Below are positions 1-6,321 of a DNA stretch of 21,218 nt, piece by piece. Origin of the DNA: a virus (lineage: Duplodnaviria > Heunggongvirae > Uroviricota > Caudoviricetes); the IMG/VR virus record IMGVR_UViG_2547132270_000005, positions 1 through 21,218 of that record, one strand, 5' to 3'. Both the position numbers and the translations under genes were made by a program. Within the stretch, counting starts at the first letter, position 1. Every line of letters starts with the position of its first letter. The notes under the pieces are model-generated. The model was not told the origin of the DNA and did no database searches. It saw only the letters and a list, made by a program, of their open reading frames with translations.

Positions 1-40
1 CAAGCTGATGATGCGGGTTCGATTCCCGCTACCCGCTCCA
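1..40 (+). tRNA. tRNA-Gly (UCC-type, glyT-like), 3' portion only; the 5' part lies outside the window
   Basis: Bases 1-40 read CAAGCTGATGATGCGGGTTCGATTCCCGCTACCCGCTCCA: a T-arm (GGTTCGATTCC), a 3' acceptor strand and terminal CCA. From memory this is near-identical to the 3' half of E. coli glyT (one acceptor-stem difference). The anticodon itself is outside the window. Confidence 0.7.
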
Positions 41-403
41 GCATTTGAAACAAGCCTTATTGTATTGCGGCACTGGCGTATTTTTTATTACGTGGGAGCA
101 GGTTGTTTTGAAAAAGCATTCTGTTCTCTGGCTATGATTTGAGGCCGGGTGTAGCCTCAGTGCTGATTTTTTTACGGTAGCAGAATGGTGCATTATCGAT
201 GGAGATTTTGTATTTCCTGGCAGGGTCGGTGATGCATCATTCTGGTGTTGTAAATCGCACCATAGAGGCGCTCCTCAGTGCGAGGGTGGTTTAAAGAGTC
301 GGTTTAGCGGGAAACCACAGTATCCATACAGCACGGAATACTTCGGGAGGCACCCGACGCCTCGGTTTAATAACAATTAAAAAATTCATCCCTTGCATTG
401 ACC

Positions 404-430
404 AACCGCCATATCTGGCGGTTTTTTTTA
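404..430 (+). terminator. Rho-independent terminator-like hairpin (CCGCCA-tatc-TGGCGG) followed by a T8 run
   Basis: Seen directly: 6-bp GC-rich stem at 406-411/416-421, then TTTTTTTT at 422-429. Oriented for + strand transcription; the opposite strand lacks a downstream U-tract. Confidence 0.5.
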
Positions 431-806
431 TTCCTTTCTCAGGACAAAAAAAGACACGAGCATCCAGGAATACTCGTGGGACAACGTCCTTTAGATAGCA
501 ATTTGCGAGAGGGTGAAAAAATGGCGCGGCTGTCGGATTAAAGCCGCGGGACAAAGTCCATGAAGAATAATAAGTATCAGCCTCCTACAGGAGACGAGTT
601 GATATTACTAAGCTTTAAAAATGGTTTAAATCCTCAGATTAACCTTAATTTCAGGTAAGTCTTATTTCATTTCTTCGCGCCACGCCCGGCGCACATCAAA
701 AACCACAGAGCCTTTCAGGGGTGAGCTTACGGGATGGTCAGTGTGACTTTCTCTGTGGGCTGGTCACCCCCGGGCGGAGGCTCACCCACTAAAAGGAAAA
801 GTCACG

Positions 807-1232
807 ATGTTTGGTATTTTCAAAAAGAAAACCCGCAAGGCCATTACCGAAGTGAAGAAGATGGAGAACCGCGATGCGGTGGAGGCGACCGTCTGGGGTG
901 CGTATTCCATCGCATACGCTGACGACACCTGTGACGCGAAAGAAATCGCAGTACTGGAGAAAACCATTGCAGCACTTCCTGCCTTTGCGCCGTTCTCCGG
1001 CGAGATTGCACAAATGAGTGCAAATATCCGCGCCCGTTATGAAGCGTCGCCGCGCTCTGCCAATGCTGAAGCCCTTCGTCAGCTGGCTGATGTTGCCGGT
1101 ACTGATGATGCAGTTAATGTACTGTGCCTGTGTCTGGATATCGCTGACCAGGATGGCATTGGTCCGGATGAAGAAGCACAGCTTAAGAAAATTGCTCAGG
1201 CGCTTCAGCTACCGCTGGAGCAGTACCTGTGA
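807..1232 (+). CDS. TerB-like (tellurite-resistance TerB / DjlA N-terminal fold) small protein, 141 aa
   Basis: ORF with RBS AAGGAAAAG 6-8 nt upstream of the ATG. The C-terminal segment LDIADQDGIGPDEEAQLKKIAQALQLPLEQY and the upstream helix pattern resemble the TerB acidic ADG/DEE signature. Family assignment is by eye only. Confidence 0.6.
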   Translation: MFGIFKKKTRKAITEVKKMENRDAVEATVWGAYSIAYADDTCDAKEIAVLEKTIAALPAFAPFSGEIAQMSANIRARYEASPRSANAEALRQLADVAGTDDAVNVLCLCLDIADQDGIGPDEEAQLKKIAQALQLPLEQYL

Positions 1233-1381
1233 AAAGTGCGCGCCTTGTACTGGCTGCCATCCTGCTGTTTCTGGTAGTGGCGGTGGATTTCACCGGACGG
1301 CTGATGTCGGTGCTGGCAGATGGTGTGCTGGTGGCGATGGCGCTGGTCGTGCTCCGGCCTTTACTGCGCAAATCTGAATAA
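1229..1381 (+). CDS. Small hydrophobic membrane peptide, 50 aa (MKSARLVLAAILLFLVVAVDFTGRLMSVLADGVLVAMALVVLRPLLRKSE)
   Basis: GTG start overlaps the TerB-like stop (GTGA). It is below the ORF track length cutoff. Two hydrophobic stretches, and a strong terminator follows. No RBS is visible other than coupling. Confidence 0.4.
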   Translation: MKSARLVLAAILLFLVVAVDFTGRLMSVLADGVLVAMALVVLRPLLRKSE

Positions 1382-1432
1382 CACCACACAAAAGGCATCT
1401 GCGGGTGCCTTTGACGGGGTGTTGTTTTTTTA

Positions 1433-1456
1433 CGGGCCGCTGGTGGCCCTTTTTTA
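1433..1456 (+). terminator. Rho-independent terminator (GGGCC-gctggt-GGCCC plus TTTTTT)
   Basis: Seen directly; a second hairpin (AAAGGCA...TGCCTTT, 1391-1413) with a T-run lies just upstream. It separates the TerB-like cassette from the lysis genes. Confidence 0.65.
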
Positions 1457-1474
1457 TTTACAGGAGAAAAAAGT

Positions 1475-1867
1475 ATGTCTGAACCCTTATCCGGTTCCGG
1501 TACGGCTGCGGCGCTCGGCGGGGCGACGGTGTACGGGCTGTTTACCGGAACGGATTTCGGGATTGTGTTTGGTGCGTTCGCCGGGGCGTTGTTTGTGGCA
1601 ACGATGCCGCAGCAGCTTTCAGCCTGGCGTGTGGCGGCGCATTTTCTGGTGTCGTTCATTGTTGGCGTGCTGGGAGCGCGTGTGCTGTCAGCCTGGATAG
1701 CGGCAAAAACAGGTTATGACGGTACATCGGCAGATGCGCTGTGCGCGGTGCTTGTCGCGGTAGTGTCGGTAAAGATTCTGTCGTTCATCCACCAGCAGGA
1801 TATCGCATCACTGGTGTCCGGTCTGTTCTCCCGCCTGCGGGGCGGAGGAGGTGGCAATGTTAAGTAA
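1475..1867 (+). CDS. Putative holin-like membrane protein (130 aa, multiple predicted transmembrane segments)
   Basis: Strong RBS (AGGAG) before the ATG at 1475. Gly/Ala-rich hydrophobic segments; sits immediately upstream of the endolysin gene. Holin call is by position and hydrophobicity, not motif. Confidence 0.55.
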   Translation: MSEPLSGSGTAAALGGATVYGLFTGTDFGIVFGAFAGALFVATMPQQLSAWRVAAHFLVSFIVGVLGARVLSAWIAAKTGYDGTSADALCAVLVAVVSVKILSFIHQQDIASLVSGLFSRLRGGGGGNVK

Positions 1868-2135
1868 CCTTCCCGACTTGCTGAATGTGGCGTTATGCAC
1901 GGTTATTGTGCTGACGCTCTTTTTTTATCGTCGCCGTGATTCCAGACATAAACCGCTGATGTCATGGCTGGCCTGGCTGCTGATGCTGCTTTATGCCTTT
2001 GCACCACTCAGCTATCTGTGCGGTCGCCCGTTAGCGGCGAACTGGCTGGCGGTGGGGCTTAATCTGCTGTTCTGCGTGTTGGTGATTCGCGCACGTGGGA
2101 ACGTTTCAAAAATCTTTGTATTACGAAGGCGCTGA
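1857..2135 (+). CDS. Second lysis-cassette membrane protein (about 92 aa; holin or antiholin-like)
   Basis: RBS GGAGGAGG precedes the ATG at 1857 (track ORF begins at 1851). Three hydrophobic stretches. The stop lies 2 nt before the endolysin start. Confidence 0.5.
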   Translation: MLSNLPDLLNVALCTVIVLTLFFYRRRDSRHKPLMSWLAWLLMLLYAFAPLSYLCGRPLAANWLAVGLNLLFCVLVIRARGNVSKIFVLRRR

Positions 2136-2136
2136 T

Positions 2137-2682
2137 ATGAAGTCGAAAGATGAAATTTTTGACGAAGTTCTGGGAAAAGAGGGCGGTTACGTCAATCACC
2201 CGGATGATAAAGGCGGACCGACAAAATGGGGTATTACGGAAAAAGTCGCCCGCGCTCACGGATATCAGGGCGATATGCGTGACCTGACACGCGAACAGGC
2301 GCTGGAAATCCTTGAGGCGGATTACTGGTTCGGACCACGCTTTGATCAGGTGGCCGCATTATCCTCTGATATTGCTGCAGAGTTGTGTGATACCGGTGTG
2401 AATATGGGGCCGTCCGTAGCATCGAAAATGCTCCAACGCTGGCTGAACGTTTTCAACCTGCAAGGCAAATTGTTCCCGGATATGGACGCAGACGGGCGTA
2501 TCGGCCCCCGCACGATTAATGCACTACGGACTTATCTGCAAAAACGCGGCAAAGACGGCGAACTGGTGATGCTGAAGGCGCTGAATTGCACGCAGGGCGA
2601 CCGCTATCTGGAGCTGGCAGAAAAACGCGAGGCCAACGAGTCGTTTGTCTACGGCTGGATGAAAGAGCGCGTAGCAGTTTAA
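2137..2682 (+). CDS. Endolysin, glycoside hydrolase family 108-like N-terminal domain with a C-terminal peptidoglycan-binding domain
   Basis: N-terminus DEIFDEVLGKEGGYVNHPDDKGGPTKWGIT matches the conserved GH108 N-terminal pattern (EGG...P.D.GG.T..GIT). The C-terminal region resembles a PG-binding domain. Start chosen at ATG 2137 (RBS GAAGG); the track ORF opens at 2095. Confidence 0.8.
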   Translation: MKSKDEIFDEVLGKEGGYVNHPDDKGGPTKWGITEKVARAHGYQGDMRDLTREQALEILEADYWFGPRFDQVAALSSDIAAELCDTGVNMGPSVASKMLQRWLNVFNLQGKLFPDMDADGRIGPRTINALRTYLQKRGKDGELVMLKALNCTQGDRYLELAEKREANESFVYGWMKERVAV

Positions 2683-2778
2683 AAACTGACGCTGAAGTGC
2701 TGAACACCCTCAACTCACGCAGGCTCTTTTCTGGGGTTACTATGAGCGAAAGTAAGGGGTACAGCATCAGATAGCAAA

Positions 2779-2810
2779 AACCCCGGCTGCTGGAACAGTC
2801 CGGGGTTTTT
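2779..2810 (+). terminator. Rho-independent terminator downstream of the endolysin gene (A-run, CCCCGG...CCGGGG hairpin, T-run)
   Basis: Seen directly: AAAAA-CCCCGGCTGCTGGAACAGTCCGGGG-TTTTT. The flanking A and T tracts could allow function on either strand. Confidence 0.65.
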
Positions 2811-2901
2811 AGTTTTCACGTCAAAGAGGAAATTGTGAGTAGTGAGTACGGAGAAAATCCTCGTGGGAAAGTATAAAAGATTCTTTTTGAGGTTGTCCAT
2901 T

Positions 2902-3015
2902 ATGAAAGGTATTGAAGTGGAAACTCCCGCGAGCCTTGATTTGACAAGGGCTGCGGCCTTTGCAATTCGCCTTGTGGCGGTCGCTGTTCTGATTTGGGCT
3001 GTGCGTTGGTGGTGA
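2902..3015 (+). CDS. Small membrane peptide, 37 aa (MKGIEVETPASLDLTRAAAFAIRLVAVAVLIWAVRWW)
   Basis: ATG start with a C-terminal hydrophobic helix; the stop sits 1 nt before the next ORF. Below the ORF track cutoff. Coding status uncertain. Confidence 0.35.
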   Translation: MKGIEVETPASLDLTRAAAFAIRLVAVAVLIWAVRWW

Positions 3016-3043
3016 TATGAGCCGAAAACACTGGACACACAGA

Positions 3044-3199
3044 ATGCCGCGAGCGGCGGCAAAATGGGCACTGGTAGCGATACTGGTGCCTTTTTTATTG
3101 GTGGGATGCGTTAGCCTGGATAAGGCGCGCCAGCTTTTCGATACCGCGTCTCAGGTCTGTCAGCTTATTGATGGCGTTCGACGGTGTACGCAGAACTGA
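3044..3199 (+). CDS. Small lipoprotein (signal peptide with lipobox LVGC; about 29-aa mature peptide); possible o-spanin-like, entericidin-like or exclusion lipoprotein
   Basis: From Met at 3044: positively charged n-region (MPRAAAK), hydrophobic core (WALVAILVPFLL), lipobox L-V-G-C. The track ORF begins at 3017. Confidence 0.5.
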   Translation: MPRAAAKWALVAILVPFLLVGCVSLDKARQLFDTASQVCQLIDGVRRCTQN

Positions 3200-3207
3200 T
3201 CACCAGC

Positions 3208-3244
3208 ATTATCGCAGCCCTTCAGTGTGAGGGGCTGCGATAAT
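3208..3244. repeat. Perfect 13-bp inverted repeat (ATTATCGCAGCCC ... GGGCTGCGATAAT) with an 11-nt loop
   Basis: Seen directly, immediately after the lipoprotein stop codon. No U-tract follows, so it is not a canonical intrinsic terminator. Confidence 0.6.
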
Positions 3245-3325
3245 GCCAAAGCTCGTTATCAGCACCCGCCACGCACCCAGCGCACTGGCCGATAGCGGGC
3301 TTTTTTATTCATAAAGCGAGTCTGT

Positions 3326-4114
3326 ATGAGCGAGAAATTGAAGATCGTCTATCGCCCTTTACAAGAACTGTCTCCGTATGCACACAACGCCAGAACACAC
3401 AGCCCTGAGCAGGTGGCACAACTGGTAGAAAGCATTAAGCAATTCGGCTGGACTAATCCGGTGCTGATTGATGAAAAGGGCGAAATTATTGCGGGTCACG
3501 GTCGCGTTATGGCGGCTGAAGTGCTCAAAATGGATTCCATTCCGGTCATCGTTCTGTCTGGTCTGACGGATGATCAGAAAAAGGCGTACCGCCTGGCAGA
3601 TAATCGCCTGCCGATGAATGCTGGCTGGGATGAAGAGCTGTTACGGATGGAGCTGTCGGACCTAATCAATGCTGATTTTGATGTCTCCCTGACAGGCTTC
3701 AGCCCGACAGAAATTGATGAACTGTTGACGGATGTTTTGCCCGGTACAGGAAATGAGGAGGAGCCGTATACGACGAAAATTGATACGCCTGTTTATGAGC
3801 CGTCGGGCGGTAAACCGGATATCAGTGAACTGTACGACGATACGAAAACTCAGAAGTTGATCAGCCGGATACGTTCGGCGTCCCTTGATCCTGATATTGA
3901 GAAATTCCTCCTGTGTGCGGCAGAACGTCACACGGTGTTTAATTTCAGCAGAATTGCGGACTATTACGCTCACGCCCCTGCTGAAATTCAGTGCCTTTTC
4001 GAGGAGTCGGCGCTGGTGATCATTGATTATCAGCAGGCTATTGAAAATGGATTTGTCCGGATGACGCAGCGCATGGTGGAGATCATGCATGGCGGGGAGG
4101 AGGAATATGCGTGA
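3326..4114 (+). CDS. ParB-like (ParB/Srx fold) nuclease-domain protein, 262 aa
   Basis: The N-terminal roughly 100 aa (YRPLQELSPYAHNARTHSPEQVAQLVESIKQFGWTNPVLIDEKGEIIAGHGRVMAA...) fits the ParB N-terminal domain pattern, including the GxGR-type motif. The C-terminal half is unassigned. Confidence 0.7.
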   Translation: MSEKLKIVYRPLQELSPYAHNARTHSPEQVAQLVESIKQFGWTNPVLIDEKGEIIAGHGRVMAAEVLKMDSIPVIVLSGLTDDQKKAYRLADNRLPMNAGWDEELLRMELSDLINADFDVSLTGFSPTEIDELLTDVLPGTGNEEEPYTTKIDTPVYEPSGGKPDISELYDDTKTQKLISRIRSASLDPDIEKFLLCAAERHTVFNFSRIADYYAHAPAEIQCLFEESALVIIDYQQAIENGFVRMTQRMVEIMHGGEEEYA

Positions 4115-5039
4115 TGATTTTTGCGCCTTTATTCTGACTCACGGGCGACCGGACAAAGTTCTGACTTACCGGACGTTGCGTCGTGCTGGCTATACCGGGA
4201 AAATTTTTATCGTTGTTGATGATGAAGATAAGACACGGCATCAGTACATGGCTGAATTTGGTGAACAGGTGCTGGTGTTTTCCAAAGCCGATATCGCCAG
4301 TCGTTTTGACGAAGCCGATAATTTCGGTGACCGGCGCTCAATTTTTTACGCCCGTAATGCCTGTTTCGACCTGGCAAAACTGGTCGGGTGTAAATACTTC
4401 ATTCAGCTCGATGATGATTATCACGAGTTCCAGTTTCGGGTGGATCGCAACTATGACCAGGCCTATTTTCCGATAAGGAAACTGGATGCGATCCTTTCTG
4501 AAATGCTGGCGTATTACGAATCAATACCCGCGCTTTCCATCGCTATGTCGCAGGGCGGGGATTTTCTTGGTGACAATGGCGGCCATGCTTCGTGGGTGAA
4601 ACGCAAGGCAATGAACAGCTTTATCTGTTCGGTTGATCGACCGTTCTCATTCATGGGGCGCATTAACGAGGATGTGAATACGTACACGAATCTCGGTCGC
4701 CGTGGTGAATTGTTTATGACGATCGGTGCTGTCCAGTTAGGGCAGAAACAGACGCAGAAAAACAGCGGCGGAATGACCGAGCTGTATCTGGATTCCGGAA
4801 CCTATGTTAAAAGTTTTTACTCCGTCATGCATGCGCCGTCGTGCGTAAAAATCTCACTGATGGGCGCCAGCCATAAACGCATTCACCATCAGGTCACCTG
4901 GAACAACGCTGCAGTAAAAATCCTTCACGAAAAATACAGGAAGAAGACACCCTGCATATCAATGGGGGTGACAAATGATTCCGTATTCGAAAGTCGAGTC
5001 TCTGGCAGCGTGCCGGATGACTGCACAACAAATCGCTGA
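4107..5039 (+). CDS. Hypothetical enzyme, possibly glycosyltransferase-A-like (acidic motifs IFIVVDDED and IQLDDDYHEF)
   Basis: RBS GGAGGAGG before the ATG at 4107 (track ORF opens at 4089); the ParB-like stop falls inside its first codons. Motif spacing resembles the GT-A/GT2 DxD arrangement. No PP-loop or methyltransferase motifs were seen. Function is inference only. Confidence 0.55.
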   Translation: MRDDFCAFILTHGRPDKVLTYRTLRRAGYTGKIFIVVDDEDKTRHQYMAEFGEQVLVFSKADIASRFDEADNFGDRRSIFYARNACFDLAKLVGCKYFIQLDDDYHEFQFRVDRNYDQAYFPIRKLDAILSEMLAYYESIPALSIAMSQGGDFLGDNGGHASWVKRKAMNSFICSVDRPFSFMGRINEDVNTYTNLGRRGELFMTIGAVQLGQKQTQKNSGGMTELYLDSGTYVKSFYSVMHAPSCVKISLMGASHKRIHHQVTWNNAAVKILHEKYRKKTPCISMGVTNDSVFESRVSGSVPDDCTTNR

Positions 5040-5226
5040 CGTTCTGGATGTTGATCTGAACCGGTTGAAAGAAAATCGGGAAGCAATGACAAATTTTTAC
5101 GCGTCCATCCGTAAGGGCAGAGCGAAAGGTGAAGCCGAGCTACGGGCGGCATTGTTTAAGCTTGCCAGAAAAGGGGATGCCTTTGCCCTGCGCGAACTAC
5201 TCAGGGTGGATAAAAATCAGGATTAA
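4975..5226 (+). CDS. Small helix-turn-helix-like DNA-binding protein (83 aa)
   Basis: Segment MTAQQIADVLDVDLNRL looks like an HTH. Overlaps the 3' end of the upstream gene by about 65 nt; ends 4 nt before the terminase small subunit start. Confidence 0.45.
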   Translation: MIPYSKVESLAACRMTAQQIADVLDVDLNRLKENREAMTNFYASIRKGRAKGEAELRAALFKLARKGDAFALRELLRVDKNQD

Positions 5227-5229
5227 CTG

Positions 5230-6321
5230 ATGAGCAGACCGGACTGGGGGGCGTTGCAGCAGGAGTATATTGCTGAATACACCCGCTCCGGTATATCTCC
5301 GGTGGCATGGTGTGAAGCAAGGGGACTGAATTACGCAACAGCCCGTCGTTACATCAAAAAACCTCCGAAAAATGCGCAGACAGAAGTGCGCAAAACTGCG
5401 CAAAAAAGTGCGCAGAAAAAATCTGCGCAGACTGCGCAAAAGCGGAACGAAAAATCTCAGAAAAAAAAGCCAGTATCCGATGCGTGCCTGAATGAGGTCG
5501 ACGCGGAGGAATTTTCGTTCTGTCCCGATGAATTCGGCATTTCTGACCAGCAGGCAAAATTCGCCATGCTGGTTGCGCAGGGTAAAAACCTCATCGAGGC
5601 ATACTGCCTAGCGGGTTACGAGGGAACGGGAAACGTAGCAAGTGCCGCAGCCTCACGTCTGTTAAGAAATGTTAAGGTTTATCGGGCTATCTCATGGTTC
5701 CGCAATCAGTACCAGAAACGCTATACCGCAGACCTGGATTTACTGGTGAGCCAGTTGATGGCTATTGTCCAGGCCGACCCCAATCAGTTGGCACAATTTC
5801 GCCGTGTTAACTGCCGTTATTGCTGGGGCGAGAATCACCTCTACCAGTGGCGTGACATTGCAGAATTCGATAAGGCAGCGGCACAGGCCTCCAGAGATGG
5901 CAAACCCGAACCGGAATATGGTGGCCTCGGCTTTGTTGATAACGCCATACCCAATCCGGACTGCCCGAAGTGCTGCGGTGAGGGAACGGGGCAGCTTTAT
6001 ATGGCTGATACCACTCTGCTTGATGGGGATGCTCGGCAATTATATGCAGGGGCAAAGCTCGGAAAATTCGGCGTTGAGATCCTGCTGGAGGATAAGGCTG
6101 CCGCCCGGCGCGAACTTATCAAGCTGATAATGGCGACGAAAGGAAGTTCTGCTGGTGGTGCAACTGACAGTCGCAATGATCTGGAGCTTGAAGGACTGAG
6201 GCTTCGCAATGAAAAGCTGCGCACTGAGATTGAAAACCTCAAAAAAGGCGTGGGTGGTGAGAATAACGAAATAATTATCCACAACTCTCTGCCGATGCCG
6301 GGAGTGGATAATGTCGATTGA
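5230..6321 (+). CDS. Terminase small subunit (N-terminal HTH, central terminase small-subunit-like region, Cys-rich segment)
   Basis: N-terminal HTH (VAWCEARGLNYATARRYI), a central region resembling terminase small subunits (AKFAMLVAQGKNLIEAYCLAGY), and CRYCWGENH...CPKCCGEG suggesting a zinc ribbon. Lies immediately upstream of the large subunit. Confidence 0.75.
   Translation: MSRPDWGALQQEYIAEYTRSGISPVAWCEARGLNYATARRYIKKPPKNAQTEVRKTAQKSAQKKSAQTAQKRNEKSQKKKPVSDACLNEVDAEEFSFCPDEFGISDQQAKFAMLVAQGKNLIEAYCLAGYEGTGNVASAAASRLLRNVKVYRAISWFRNQYQKRYTADLDLLVSQLMAIVQADPNQLAQFRRVNCRYCWGENHLYQWRDIAEFDKAAAQASRDGKPEPEYGGLGFVDNAIPNPDCPKCCGEGTGQLYMADTTLLDGDARQLYAGAKLGKFGVEILLEDKAAARRELIKLIMATKGSSAGGATDSRNDLELEGLRLRNEKLRTEIENLKKGVGGENNEIIIHNSLPMPGVDNVD

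Noticed and set aside
291-554. 87-aa minus-strand ORF in the tRNA-proximal non-coding region
   Set aside because: It spans the intrinsic terminator hairpin at 404-430, has no RBS, and its composition is unremarkable; it is most likely a chance ORF in structured non-coding DNA.
560-658. 32-aa + strand mini-ORF (MKNNKYQPPTGDELILLSFKNGLNPQINLNFR)
   Set aside because: Weak RBS, no hydrophobic or otherwise recognisable character, and it lies in the structured leader; a leader peptide cannot be excluded but it is not supported well enough to call a gene.
734-1013. ORFs 734..922 (+), 782..967 (-) and 789..1013 (-) overlapping the TerB-like gene start
   Set aside because: Alternative-frame or antisense overlaps of a better-supported gene that has an RBS and family-like motifs.
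1018-1700. ORFs 1018..1377 (+), 1183..1659 (-) and 1320..1700 (+)
   Set aside because: They cross two terminator hairpins and overlap the holin-like gene or the small membrane peptide; Arg/Cys/Trp-rich composition is typical of out-of-frame translation of GC-rich coding DNA.
3245-3325. Possible terminator just upstream of the ParB-like gene (T-run near 3300)
   Set aside because: A T-run is present but I could not define a convincing GC-rich stem immediately upstream, so it is not listed as a feature.
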